Part shown: piece after piece, positions 16,123 to 24,060 of the stretch
How positions within the stretch are numbered: the first letter of the stretch is position 1
How the letters are laid out: the number at the start of each line of letters is the position of its first letter
NCBI GenBank assembly: GCA_946531785.1
Contig: CAMNAT010000001.1
Span: forward strand, 1-28,476
Direction of reading: 5' to 3'
From: an uncultured Oscillospiraceae bacterium
GTDB taxonomy: Bacteria; Bacillota; Clostridia; UBA1381
Length of the DNA: 28,476 nt
Notes under the pieces: model-generated
Told to the model about the DNA's origin: nothing
Database searches by the model: none
The model's input: the letters and a program-made list of their open reading frames with translations, nothing else
Position numbers and translations under genes: made by a program

Positions 16123-18399
16123 ATGAAAAAGATTTTATCAACAATTATATCTATATCAATGATCGCGGCCTCCGCGGCTGTGCCGGTGTATGCAGACTAT
16201 ACAGCGCCGGAGGAGTCATATGATATCACAGAGGTAAACAATACATACGATGATGGTACTGCTGAAAATGCAATAGACGGCACCCCGGCATTGAAAACAG
16301 GTGATAGCTTTGAGAAAATTTTCGCTACCGGCATTGATACAACAAAGGAATTCTACCTCGGCTTTGATTTCTGCTTCGACAGCGAAGGCGGCGAGATACA
16401 GATACCCAGGTTCAAGAGCAACGGCACAGATGTCGATAAGGTAGGTCCTATCTTCACCTATTCCGGCGGAAATCTGCGCACACAAACAGGCGGCAGCTCG
16501 TACCAGAATCTCGGCGTGTTTGAGATCGGCGCATGGTACCACGGCGAGATAGAGGGCAGAACGGGCATAGGCGCGCAGTACACCACCTTCCGCCTCTACA
16601 AGGGCGGAGAGCTCGTTCAGGAAACGACCAACTTCAATATGCGTAACCTCAGCTCCGAGAGCAGAAGCTTCAACGGTATGCAGGCGAAAAACATCAGCAT
16701 AGATAATGTTCTGCTCGTTCAGGAGAAGCCGGACACTATTACAATTTCCTCCGGCAGCGATGAGATGGACGCAGGCACTGACATAGCTCTTGATTATGTT
16801 ATGACAAGGCGTGACAAGGAATTCTACAAGTACGGTGTTACATGGTCACTCTATGACGAGAGCGATACACAGCCTCTTACGGATGAAAACCTTGTCATAT
16901 CCGCAGGCGGTATCCTTACAGCACTCATTTCAGCCGTGGATCAGACTGTAACAGTCAGGGCAACAGCGGCCTTTGGTGATAAGGAGCTTTACGGCTCAAA
17001 GCAGATAAAGATCAATTCGGTTGATGTTTCGGACGAAAAATGCGATACTATCGTTGTTTCGGGTCCGACATCCGTTAAGGCGGGTACATCGACTGAATAC
17101 AGCTTTACAGCGACAAAGGGCGGAGAGGATGTTACCAACACCCTCACAGATGACGACATTGTTTGGAGCATATACGATCCAACAGGCATCACAAAGAATA
17201 ATAACAAAGCTATAAAGGCAGAGAACGGCGTTCTCACGATCGATGACAGTGTTATAAAGCAGGATATTACGATAAGAGCTTCATCAGTCAGCGGTGCTAT
17301 CTACGGCAATCTTCCGGTTTCGATAGATTGGTCAGATAACCAGTCGGAGACAGTCCTTTCCTATAATGCATGCGAGACTGATCTTACCAATACTATTTTA
17401 GTCGATTCATGGGACGGCTCAAAGGCGTATCAGACAAACGATAACATTACTTTCGGCTTTGGTGATCAGAGCGCGTACACGATAACCGAGGTCGATATAA
17501 AGTTTGACGGCACGGACGGTCACGGCCTCACGCTCTTTAACAACAACGGCTCAGAGAACTCCAATATCCGCGCTCACAGCGGCGGTCTTGGTCAGCAGAC
17601 CGGCGGCAGCAGCTGGGCATCAATACTCGCGGAGCTTGACACGAACGCATGGTATCACATAGAATTTGTATACCTTAACGGCGCGGAATCAGGCTATAAT
17701 GTGTACAAATACAACGATGCTGGCGAGAAGGAGCTTGTAAAAACGATCGCAAACTGTAACAGGCGTAACGATAAGACCTACGGAAAAATCACGTTTACAA
17801 TGGGTCTTGTTATAGACAACTTCAAGGTATCTGTTGTTATCCCCGATGATGTTGCCGTAACCGCACCGGGAAAGAATATGTTCGCAGGCGAGACCGCGCA
17901 ATATACCGCAACGGCAAAGAGAGCGGGTCTGTCGCTTTCAAACACATCAGGTATTACCTGGTCGGTGCTTGACAGCGATAAGCTGCCGATCATTGATGGT
18001 ACTGTTACTATAGACGACAGCGGCCTTCTCACAGTTGACTCCATGGCGCAGGCACAGACCGTAACGGTAGAGGCAAAAACAGCATCAGGCGCATCGGACA
18101 GTGCCGAGATGAATATACAGGTAGCTGAGATATTCACCGTTACAAATATCGGTATAAACGAGGCGGGCGATAAGATCGTTAAGCTCTATGTAGACAAGAA
18201 TTTCTACTATCCAGATGATGTCGTATTCATTATCGCCATAAAGGATGCGGACGGTATCCTGAAGGGGGTTAAGACGATACAGACCTTCGGCGACAGACTT
18301 GCGTTAGGCTCAAATGAGCTCAATGCAGAGCTTGATATCCCATCAGGCTTTGATCCGGAGACATGGAAAATAGAAACCATGGTATGGACAATGTTCTGA
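16123..18399 (+). CDS. Secreted multidomain surface protein with two lectin/ConA-like repeats and three Ig-like repeats; function unknown
   Basis: Signal peptide ending AVPVYA, GGAGG RBS and internal repeats. No catalytic motif recognised. Confidence 0.75.
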   Translation: MKKILSTIISISMIAASAAVPVYADYTAPEESYDITEVNNTYDDGTAENAIDGTPALKTGDSFEKIFATGIDTTKEFYLGFDFCFDSEGGEIQIPRFKSNGTDVDKVGPIFTYSGGNLRTQTGGSSYQNLGVFEIGAWYHGEIEGRTGIGAQYTTFRLYKGGELVQETTNFNMRNLSSESRSFNGMQAKNISIDNVLLVQEKPDTITISSGSDEMDAGTDIALDYVMTRRDKEFYKYGVTWSLYDESDTQPLTDENLVISAGGILTALISAVDQTVTVRATAAFGDKELYGSKQIKINSVDVSDEKCDTIVVSGPTSVKAGTSTEYSFTATKGGEDVTNTLTDDDIVWSIYDPTGITKNNNKAIKAENGVLTIDDSVIKQDITIRASSVSGAIYGNLPVSIDWSDNQSETVLSYNACETDLTNTILVDSWDGSKAYQTNDNITFGFGDQSAYTITEVDIKFDGTDGHGLTLFNNNGSENSNIRAHSGGLGQQTGGSSWASILAELDTNAWYHIEFVYLNGAESGYNVYKYNDAGEKELVKTIANCNRRNDKTYGKITFTMGLVIDNFKVSVVIPDDVAVTAPGKNMFAGETAQYTATAKRAGLSLSNTSGITWSVLDSDKLPIIDGTVTIDDSGLLTVDSMAQAQTVTVEAKTASGASDSAEMNIQVAEIFTVTNIGINEAGDKIVKLYVDKNFYYPDDVVFIIAIKDADGILKGVKTIQTFGDRLALGSNELNAELDIPSGFDPETWKIETMVWTMF
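16732..18123 (+). repeat. Three degenerate Ig-like (Big-type) protein repeats at about 16732-17013, 17044-17331 and 17845-18123
   Basis: Shared pattern of T/V-rich strand, AG(T/E), (V/I)TWS(L/I/V)(Y/L)D, G(I/V/L)LT, Q(T/D)(V/I)T(V/I)(R/E)A. Confidence 0.7.
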
Positions 18400-18416
18400 T
18401 AAACAGGCAAAAATAC

Positions 18417-18452
18417 GGGTGCTGCGAATTTCGCAGCACCCATTATTTTTTT
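18417..18452 (+). terminator. Intrinsic terminator of the GH2 operon
   Basis: Stem GGGTGCTGCGA / TCGCAGCACCC, followed by ATTATTTTTTT. Confidence 0.85.
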
Positions 18453-18498
18453 GAGGTATCTCAAAATTACAGTGCATGGCAAAGCACTGATTTTTCTA

Positions 18499-18527
18499 TT
18501 GTAAACCATCGGTTTATATGATAAAAT
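18499..18527 (+). promoter_or_regulatory. Sigma-A promoter for the copper-amine-oxidase-N-domain gene
   Basis: TTGTAA-17 nt-TAAAAT with TGn. Confidence 0.6.
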
Positions 18528-18558
18528 AAAGAAAAATAATATACAAAGGGTGATCCAT

Positions 18559-19359
18559 ATGAAAACAAAAATGATCTCTTTGCTTGCCGCTGCGGCAACG
18601 GTCACGGCTTCCTTATCAGCTGTTGCAGACGCGCCGGAGGTAAGCGTAAGACTGAACGGCGGACTGCTCAATTTCGATGTGCCGCCTCAGATAATCAACG
18701 AGCGCACCATGGTACCGCTGCGCGCGATATTTGAAGCCTTGGGTGCAACGGTGGACTGGGATCAGGCAACAGAAACAGTCACATCCGTAAGAGATGATGT
18801 CACGATAAAAATGACCATAGGGAAAAATGTTATCTACATAAACGACAAGGCGACCGAGCTTGATGTGGCGCCGCTCATAATCGACGAGCGCACGCTCGTT
18901 CCGGTACGCGCGATCGCCGAGGGCTTCGGCGCGTCTGTAGACTGGGATCAGGACAGATACTGCGTCATAATCTCATCGGAGATCGAAAACCAGAACGCGC
19001 CGATCTATCTTCCCACACCGGAACCGACGGAGACACCGCCTGCTGCAACTACCGCTCCGGCAAACGCCGAGCTGCCGTTTACGCTCAATAATCAGGAGCT
19101 GCAGTCAAGCTCGGTATCATTATTCAAGATCACAAGCTGTGAAAAGAACGCTGACGGCGATTACGATATAACCTTCACCTTCGAGACCTTCTTAGAGGGC
19201 TCCGGCTCGGTATCGGCTATATTCAACTGTCTTGATGCTGACGGAAAGAAGCTCGACAGCTTCGGCGGCAGCTTCAAAACAACTGATTACACATGGACAC
19301 ATCAGAGCTCAAAAGCAACTATACCGGCAAAGACTGCGTCTATAGTACTGAGTAAATAA
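18559..19359 (+). CDS. Secreted copper amine oxidase N-terminal (stalk) domain protein with a Pro/Thr linker and a C-terminal Ig-like domain
   Basis: Signal peptide, then VRLNG..LNFDVPPQIINERTMVPLRAIFEALGATVDWD...LDVAPLIIDERTLVPVRAIAEGFGASVDWD, linker PTPEPTETPPAATTAP and a C-terminal CLDADGKKL motif. ATG 18559 preferred over GTG 18550. Confidence 0.85.
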   Translation: MKTKMISLLAAAATVTASLSAVADAPEVSVRLNGGLLNFDVPPQIINERTMVPLRAIFEALGATVDWDQATETVTSVRDDVTIKMTIGKNVIYINDKATELDVAPLIIDERTLVPVRAIAEGFGASVDWDQDRYCVIISSEIENQNAPIYLPTPEPTETPPAATTAPANAELPFTLNNQELQSSSVSLFKITSCEKNADGDYDITFTFETFLEGSGSVSAIFNCLDADGKKLDSFGGSFKTTDYTWTHQSSKATIPAKTASIVLSK

Positions 19360-19398
19360 AAAATTACGGGATGCCATCGGCATCCCGTAAATCATTTT
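19360..19398. terminator. Bidirectional terminator between convergent genes
   Basis: Stem TTACGGGATGCC / GGCATCCCGTAA (19364-19390), with A-rich sequence on the left and T-rich sequence on the right. Confidence 0.8.
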
Positions 19399-19402
19399 AT
19401 TC

Positions 19403-20821
19403 TTATCTTGTAATTATGTCCACCGGAACATTGAATATCTTTGCTACCTTTAAGATAGTGTCGATCCATCTGCCGCTTGCAGCAGCCATATGATGTGTCG
19501 GGCCTGCCTCGCTCCACTTGTTGCAGAACTCTCTTGCACCGCAGGTGAAGCGTGTTCTCATGTTCGTATCGCCGAATGTGAAGATCGGGCCTTCCTCGTT
19601 GATACCCTCAGCTACAACAAACTTGAAGTTGCCGTCCTTATCCTGTGTGATACCCAGATATGTAACAGGTCCTAAATGCGGATAGAACTGTGTAAGATAA
19701 CCGCCGCCCGTCTTGCCGTGGAATACCGGAACGATCTTCATTGTCGGCTTCTTAGCTGAAATATCAGCATCACCGGAGCCGCTGTGGCCTATGATGCAGA
19801 TGTCCTCATCAAAGTCGATCGAATACATCTCTGAGAGCTGACCCATGCCTGAGATCGTCTTTAAGATGCTCATAGCCATAGATACCTTTATATCGCCCTC
19901 AACGGCACATGCTGTGCCCTGCTTGATGAGCATTGAGAATGCCGGGATAAGCATACTGTCAAGCACGCCTGCCTTGCCCTGAGCAAAGCCGTCATAGTGC
20001 GATGCGATAAAGCCGAGCTTCTCGTCCTTTACCCACTGCTCAAACGCAACGACATACTTTGCCATTTCCCAGACCTCTTCTATGCTGCCGCCGCCCTCGA
20101 TATCGAAGGTATCGAGGATATCCTGAGCCTTTGCACGGATCGCGTCCTCGTCTGTGATATCATCAGCGATAGCCCACATCTTTTCCCAGTCGAACTGCTT
20201 TGTATACAGGAACATTCTGTGGTAGAGGTTGGTCTCGTCTATGTACAGATCCATCATGCCCGGATACGGTCTGCCGATCTGCGCCAGATTTGTGTCACGG
20301 AAGCGGCGTCTTACCTGCGCTGCACGGCACCAGTCCTCGATCTCCTTCTGTACCCACGGGTCGCCGCCCTCAACAACGCCTGTGATAACGGCATGACGCT
20401 TACCTGCGCGCTCAAGATCTGCTACCATCTCTCCTACAGCACCGCAAGCGTACAGCTCGCCAAGCCATGTAGCGGTATCTGTATTCGCATAATCCGGAGC
20501 CTTCTTCTTCTGGATATTTACCAGAACTACAGGCACATCGAGATCACGAACAGCCGGAAGCATGTTGTACGAGGTCGCATATGTGAGAAGCTGCAAAATT
20601 ACAAGGTCAACATCTGCGGCACGGAACTTATCGCCCGCCTCCTGCGCCTTTTCCTTTGTTGTAACTATACCGCCGTCGATTATCTCGACTGAATCCGGAA
20701 TAGTCTTTTTGAACGCATCATACTGACCCTCAAATTCCGGCACGAGTGACGGGAACTGCGGCAGATATGCGCCGAGCGCGATCGAGAATACGCCGACCTT
20801 GGCTTTTGTTTCAACTAACAT
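19403..20821 (-). CDS. L-fucose/L-arabinose isomerase family sugar isomerase
   Basis: 472 aa with FucI/AraA-type metal-ligand motifs CAVEGD, IGHSG and GPTHHMA. The substrate cannot be assigned from sequence. Confidence 0.8.
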   Translation of the reverse strand: MLVETKAKVGVFSIALGAYLPQFPSLVPEFEGQYDAFKKTIPDSVEIIDGGIVTTKEKAQEAGDKFRAADVDLVILQLLTYATSYNMLPAVRDLDVPVVLVNIQKKKAPDYANTDTATWLGELYACGAVGEMVADLERAGKRHAVITGVVEGGDPWVQKEIEDWCRAAQVRRRFRDTNLAQIGRPYPGMMDLYIDETNLYHRMFLYTKQFDWEKMWAIADDITDEDAIRAKAQDILDTFDIEGGGSIEEVWEMAKYVVAFEQWVKDEKLGFIASHYDGFAQGKAGVLDSMLIPAFSMLIKQGTACAVEGDIKVSMAMSILKTISGMGQLSEMYSIDFDEDICIIGHSGSGDADISAKKPTMKIVPVFHGKTGGGYLTQFYPHLGPVTYLGITQDKDGNFKFVVAEGINEEGPIFTFGDTNMRTRFTCGAREFCNKWSEAGPTHHMAAASGRWIDTILKVAKIFNVPVDIITR

Positions 20822-20860
20822 AGTAATTACATCCTTTCTATACTAAATTATTCTGATTAT

Positions 20861-20889
20861 ATTATACAATATTTCCCCAACATTTTCAA
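20861..20889 (-). promoter_or_regulatory. Sigma-A promoter for the isomerase
   Basis: Minus strand TTGAAA-17 nt-TATAAT. Confidence 0.7.
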
Positions 20890-20929
20890 TAGTAAATTCA
20901 GAAAACACCGGATATCATACAAAAAAACT

Positions 20930-23074
20930 TTAATATTCCATCTCTATATACCTTGCAGCAAGAGTTACCGCCTCGGCTCTGGTCGTATTATCCCGCGGTG
21001 CAAGCATATCATTATCTCTGCCGTTTATAAGACCCTTGCCTGCTGCCCACATCAAAGGATCCTTTGCCCACGATGATATATCGGCAATATCCTTGAAATC
21101 AGAACTTACGGCAGCTTCTTCGGCACTGTGCCCCTCGTATTTATAGAGTCTTGACAGGATCACCGAGATCTGCTCACGGGTTATGGCATCATCCGGTCCG
21201 AACTCGGTATCCGAATAACCGTCAACTATTCCGTTTGCGCTTGCCCACATGATATATTCCGCACCCTCCGGCGCGACATCCTCAAAGGTCAGCGTATATT
21301 CCCCGTCAATACCCTTATAATAGTCATACATCCTGCCGATGAGCCTTACGAACTCGCCGCGTGTTATCGGCTGTTCGGGCGCAAACAGATATTCTGTCCG
21401 TCCGTCTGATATATGCGAGGTAGAAAGCAGCGGCTTTGCATACCATGAATCATATTTTGTATCTGTATATGCATATCCGCAATCGATGCCGATTTCCCGT
21501 GATATCCTCTCGATCGTCTTCGGATCAAAAATATTATCAAGGTCTATATTCTCCGTCGCCTCGGTAAATGTCAGAAAGCCGCCGTCTGCTGACAGCTGCA
21601 TATACATATCCACAGCCGCGTCACGATCTGTCAGCGAGATGGTGTACAAATCAAGCGCTGCCGCCGCCGAAACACCGTATGCCAGATAATACATAGGCGA
21701 AACAAAATTATGCGGCACGCTCGTCCACATACGCTGCGCTTCGGATTTCCTGAAATCCGAAACTCCGTAATACTTTTCCATCAGCTCCGCGGCTATCTCG
21801 TTTGCACGGTCTACTGTAAGTATCTTTTCCTTATATACTCTTGTCTGCCACTCGTTATAGAAGCAGCCGTCTATCACGCTTTCGGCTATGGTCGCGAGCG
21901 TCGAAAATCTCTCGTTTGCCGCATCCTCGCCGAAAAGCCTTCCGTATTGATCGAGCGCAAGAAGCTCCAGAGCCTGTGAATGGATCTCACAGGTGTCCTC
22001 AACCAGCGAGTACTTGAACAGCGCCCACGGCTCATCAAGCTCGGGAGTATTCAGCAGCGAGCTAAAATGTCCGCTCTCATGTATAAAGGTCTTTATACGC
22101 CACGGATCGTCAAGCTCATTGTTAAGAAACAGATACGGAACACCCTTGCTCTCCAGAAGTGTTGTATAAGCGCCGCTTGCGCGGTTCTTCCCATCCCGTA
22201 TCTCAATATCATAAAGCCCGTTATCGAGCATAAAATCATATGAATCGCCCAGCTCGTCGTTTATCGAATACATGACGCTGCCGACGCGCTTTTTGATCTC
22301 ATCGTCGGTCATGGAGCCGTAGCTGTCGGGGATATCCATTTCTGTGGATATGAGCGCCATCATGAGCGGCGCGAGATAGGTAGCGACCGCTTCTGAAAAT
22401 CTGCCTATCCTGTCGATATAATCCCGCCCGAAAAGCTCGGTATGCGCATAATCGGCATAGTCGGCATAGCCTTCCTCCTTAGCCATATCATTTCTGATAT
22501 TCACAAGCTTTATATACAGCTCCGCGCATGCATCACTATCACCGTATATATCCCCGTATCGGGTCTCCAGCTCCGTCTGCTGGTGCATCAGCTCAAAATA
22601 TCTTTCGCTCGGGATCGTGTTTATGAGCTCCTTGAGCTCATCTTCATCTGCACCGAGCACCTCAAGGAGCACAGAGCCGTAGCCTGCATTATATGCCTCT
22701 TTGAGTACATTCGTGATCTTTTGGATAACATCTATACCGATGCCTATAGCTTTTGTATAATTCTCGACATTCTCATCGGTATAATTCTTGTTTGAGATGA
22801 GCCCTGCCGAAACACCCGAATACTGCACATCCAGAAGCTCATCATAAAGCTCTGATAAAAGCGCCTTCAGCTCATCCTCGTGTCCGGGCTGTGCTATCTG
22901 CGCCTTTATTTCTGCAATGGTCTTGTCGGATCTATTTACATCGAACGGCTCATACACTATCGACCTGCCGTCAAACGGCTTTATACCCGTTCTCCTGTAG
23001 TATCCGGCAAACACTGTTGTGTTTACCGCAAGCGCCGCGGCGATCACCGCGGCTGCTATTCGTTTTAGCCTCAT
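20930..23074 (-). CDS. Secreted M3-family (oligoendopeptidase F-like) zinc peptidase with three C-terminal SLH domains
   Basis: Signal peptide MRLKRIAAAVIAAALAVNTTVFA, zinc motif TFIHESGH (22067-22081) with downstream EIHSQALE, YYLAYGV, and three SLH repeats (FAPEQPITRGEF, FGPDDAITREQI, LAPRDNTTRAEA) at about 20933-21470. Confidence 0.85.
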   Translation of the reverse strand: MRLKRIAAAVIAAALAVNTTVFAGYYRRTGIKPFDGRSIVYEPFDVNRSDKTIAEIKAQIAQPGHEDELKALLSELYDELLDVQYSGVSAGLISNKNYTDENVENYTKAIGIGIDVIQKITNVLKEAYNAGYGSVLLEVLGADEDELKELINTIPSERYFELMHQQTELETRYGDIYGDSDACAELYIKLVNIRNDMAKEEGYADYADYAHTELFGRDYIDRIGRFSEAVATYLAPLMMALISTEMDIPDSYGSMTDDEIKKRVGSVMYSINDELGDSYDFMLDNGLYDIEIRDGKNRASGAYTTLLESKGVPYLFLNNELDDPWRIKTFIHESGHFSSLLNTPELDEPWALFKYSLVEDTCEIHSQALELLALDQYGRLFGEDAANERFSTLATIAESVIDGCFYNEWQTRVYKEKILTVDRANEIAAELMEKYYGVSDFRKSEAQRMWTSVPHNFVSPMYYLAYGVSAAAALDLYTISLTDRDAAVDMYMQLSADGGFLTFTEATENIDLDNIFDPKTIERISREIGIDCGYAYTDTKYDSWYAKPLLSTSHISDGRTEYLFAPEQPITRGEFVRLIGRMYDYYKGIDGEYTLTFEDVAPEGAEYIMWASANGIVDGYSDTEFGPDDAITREQISVILSRLYKYEGHSAEEAAVSSDFKDIADISSWAKDPLMWAAGKGLINGRDNDMLAPRDNTTRAEAVTLAARYIEMEY

Positions 23075-23076
23075 AT

Positions 23077-24060
23077 TTACTCCCAATTGTATTCACATGC
23101 AGCGATCAGCAGCTTTATACACTCTTCCATATCGCTCACGCTTGCCATCTCTGACGGTGAATGCACATACCTTGTCGGCAGCGATATCCCGCCGGAGCGC
23201 ACTCCGCCGCCTGTGAGCGCTATAGCGCCCGCATCGGTGCCTCCGTCGTCCATTATCTCGTTCTGATACCTTATCCCGTTCTGCTTTGCTATGCCGCGTA
23301 ACGCGTCTACAACATGCACATCGCACATAACTGATCTGTCCATGATCTTGATAGCCGCGCCGCCGCCGAGCTTTACATCCATCGGCTTGCATGAGGGTGT
23401 GTCGCCTGTATCGGTAACATCCACAGCTATCGCGTAATCCGGCATTATCCTGAACGCCGCGGTCTTTGCGCCGCGCAGACCGACCTCCTCCTGAACGGAG
23501 AACACAAAATACAGATCGTTTTCTGTCTTTTTCAGCTTCTTCATGACCTTGAGCAGCATATAGCAGCCGGCTCTGTCATCGAGCGCCTTTGATATAATGG
23601 TGTCGCCTATCTGATGGAACGAGCCGTCAAACACAGCGGTATCGCCGGTTTTTACTAGCTTTTGCGCCGCCTTCTTATCAGCCGCGCCGATGTCTATATA
23701 CATTGCGGAGGGGTCCGCCTTCTTTTCAAATTTCTCTTCCTCGGCGGCAATTACCCCCACTGTGCCGTTTGCAAATCTTACACGGCGTTTATGCAGCTCC
23801 TTTATATCCAGTCCTCCGACCGCGCCGAACCGTATAAAGCCGTTATCCTCAACATATGTTGCGATCACGCCGATCTCATCCATATGCGCGTCCAGCATCA
23901 GCTTTTTGCCCTTTCCGGGTCTATGCGCTATCACAGAGCCGAGAGCATCTGTATTTACCTCATAGCCGAGCTTCTCTGCCTCGGAAATGATTATATCTCT
24001 TATCGCGCTTTCAGCGCCCGAAGGCGCGTCAGCTTCGATCAGCTTCTTTAACAATCTCAT
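23077..24060 (-). CDS. M42-family (TET-type) aminopeptidase, third copy; active site intact
   Basis: Motifs AHMDEIG, KALDDRAG, VQEEVGLRG, AVDVT and RYVHSP. ATG 24060 overlaps the upstream stop (ATGA). Confidence 0.9.
   Translation of the reverse strand: MRLLKKLIEADAPSGAESAIRDIIISEAEKLGYEVNTDALGSVIAHRPGKGKKLMLDAHMDEIGVIATYVEDNGFIRFGAVGGLDIKELHKRRVRFANGTVGVIAAEEEKFEKKADPSAMYIDIGAADKKAAQKLVKTGDTAVFDGSFHQIGDTIISKALDDRAGCYMLLKVMKKLKKTENDLYFVFSVQEEVGLRGAKTAAFRIMPDYAIAVDVTDTGDTPSCKPMDVKLGGGAAIKIMDRSVMCDVHVVDALRGIAKQNGIRYQNEIMDDGGTDAGAIALTGGGVRSGGISLPTRYVHSPSEMASVSDMEECIKLLIAACEYNWE

Noticed and set aside
18207-18671. 154-aa minus-strand ORF spanning two genes and an intergenic terminator
   Set aside because: It crosses a terminator and a promoter and overlaps two supported CDS; no motif.
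18559-19359. Copper amine oxidase enzyme
   Set aside because: Only the small N-terminal stalk domain is present; there is no catalytic domain.
19997-20692. 231-aa antisense ORF opposite the isomerase
   Set aside because: A shadow of strong codon bias in the real gene; no recognisable domain or expression signal.
20890-20929. T7 tract after the M3-SLH gene as a terminator
   Set aside because: No GC-rich hairpin precedes it; read-through into the isomerase cannot be excluded.
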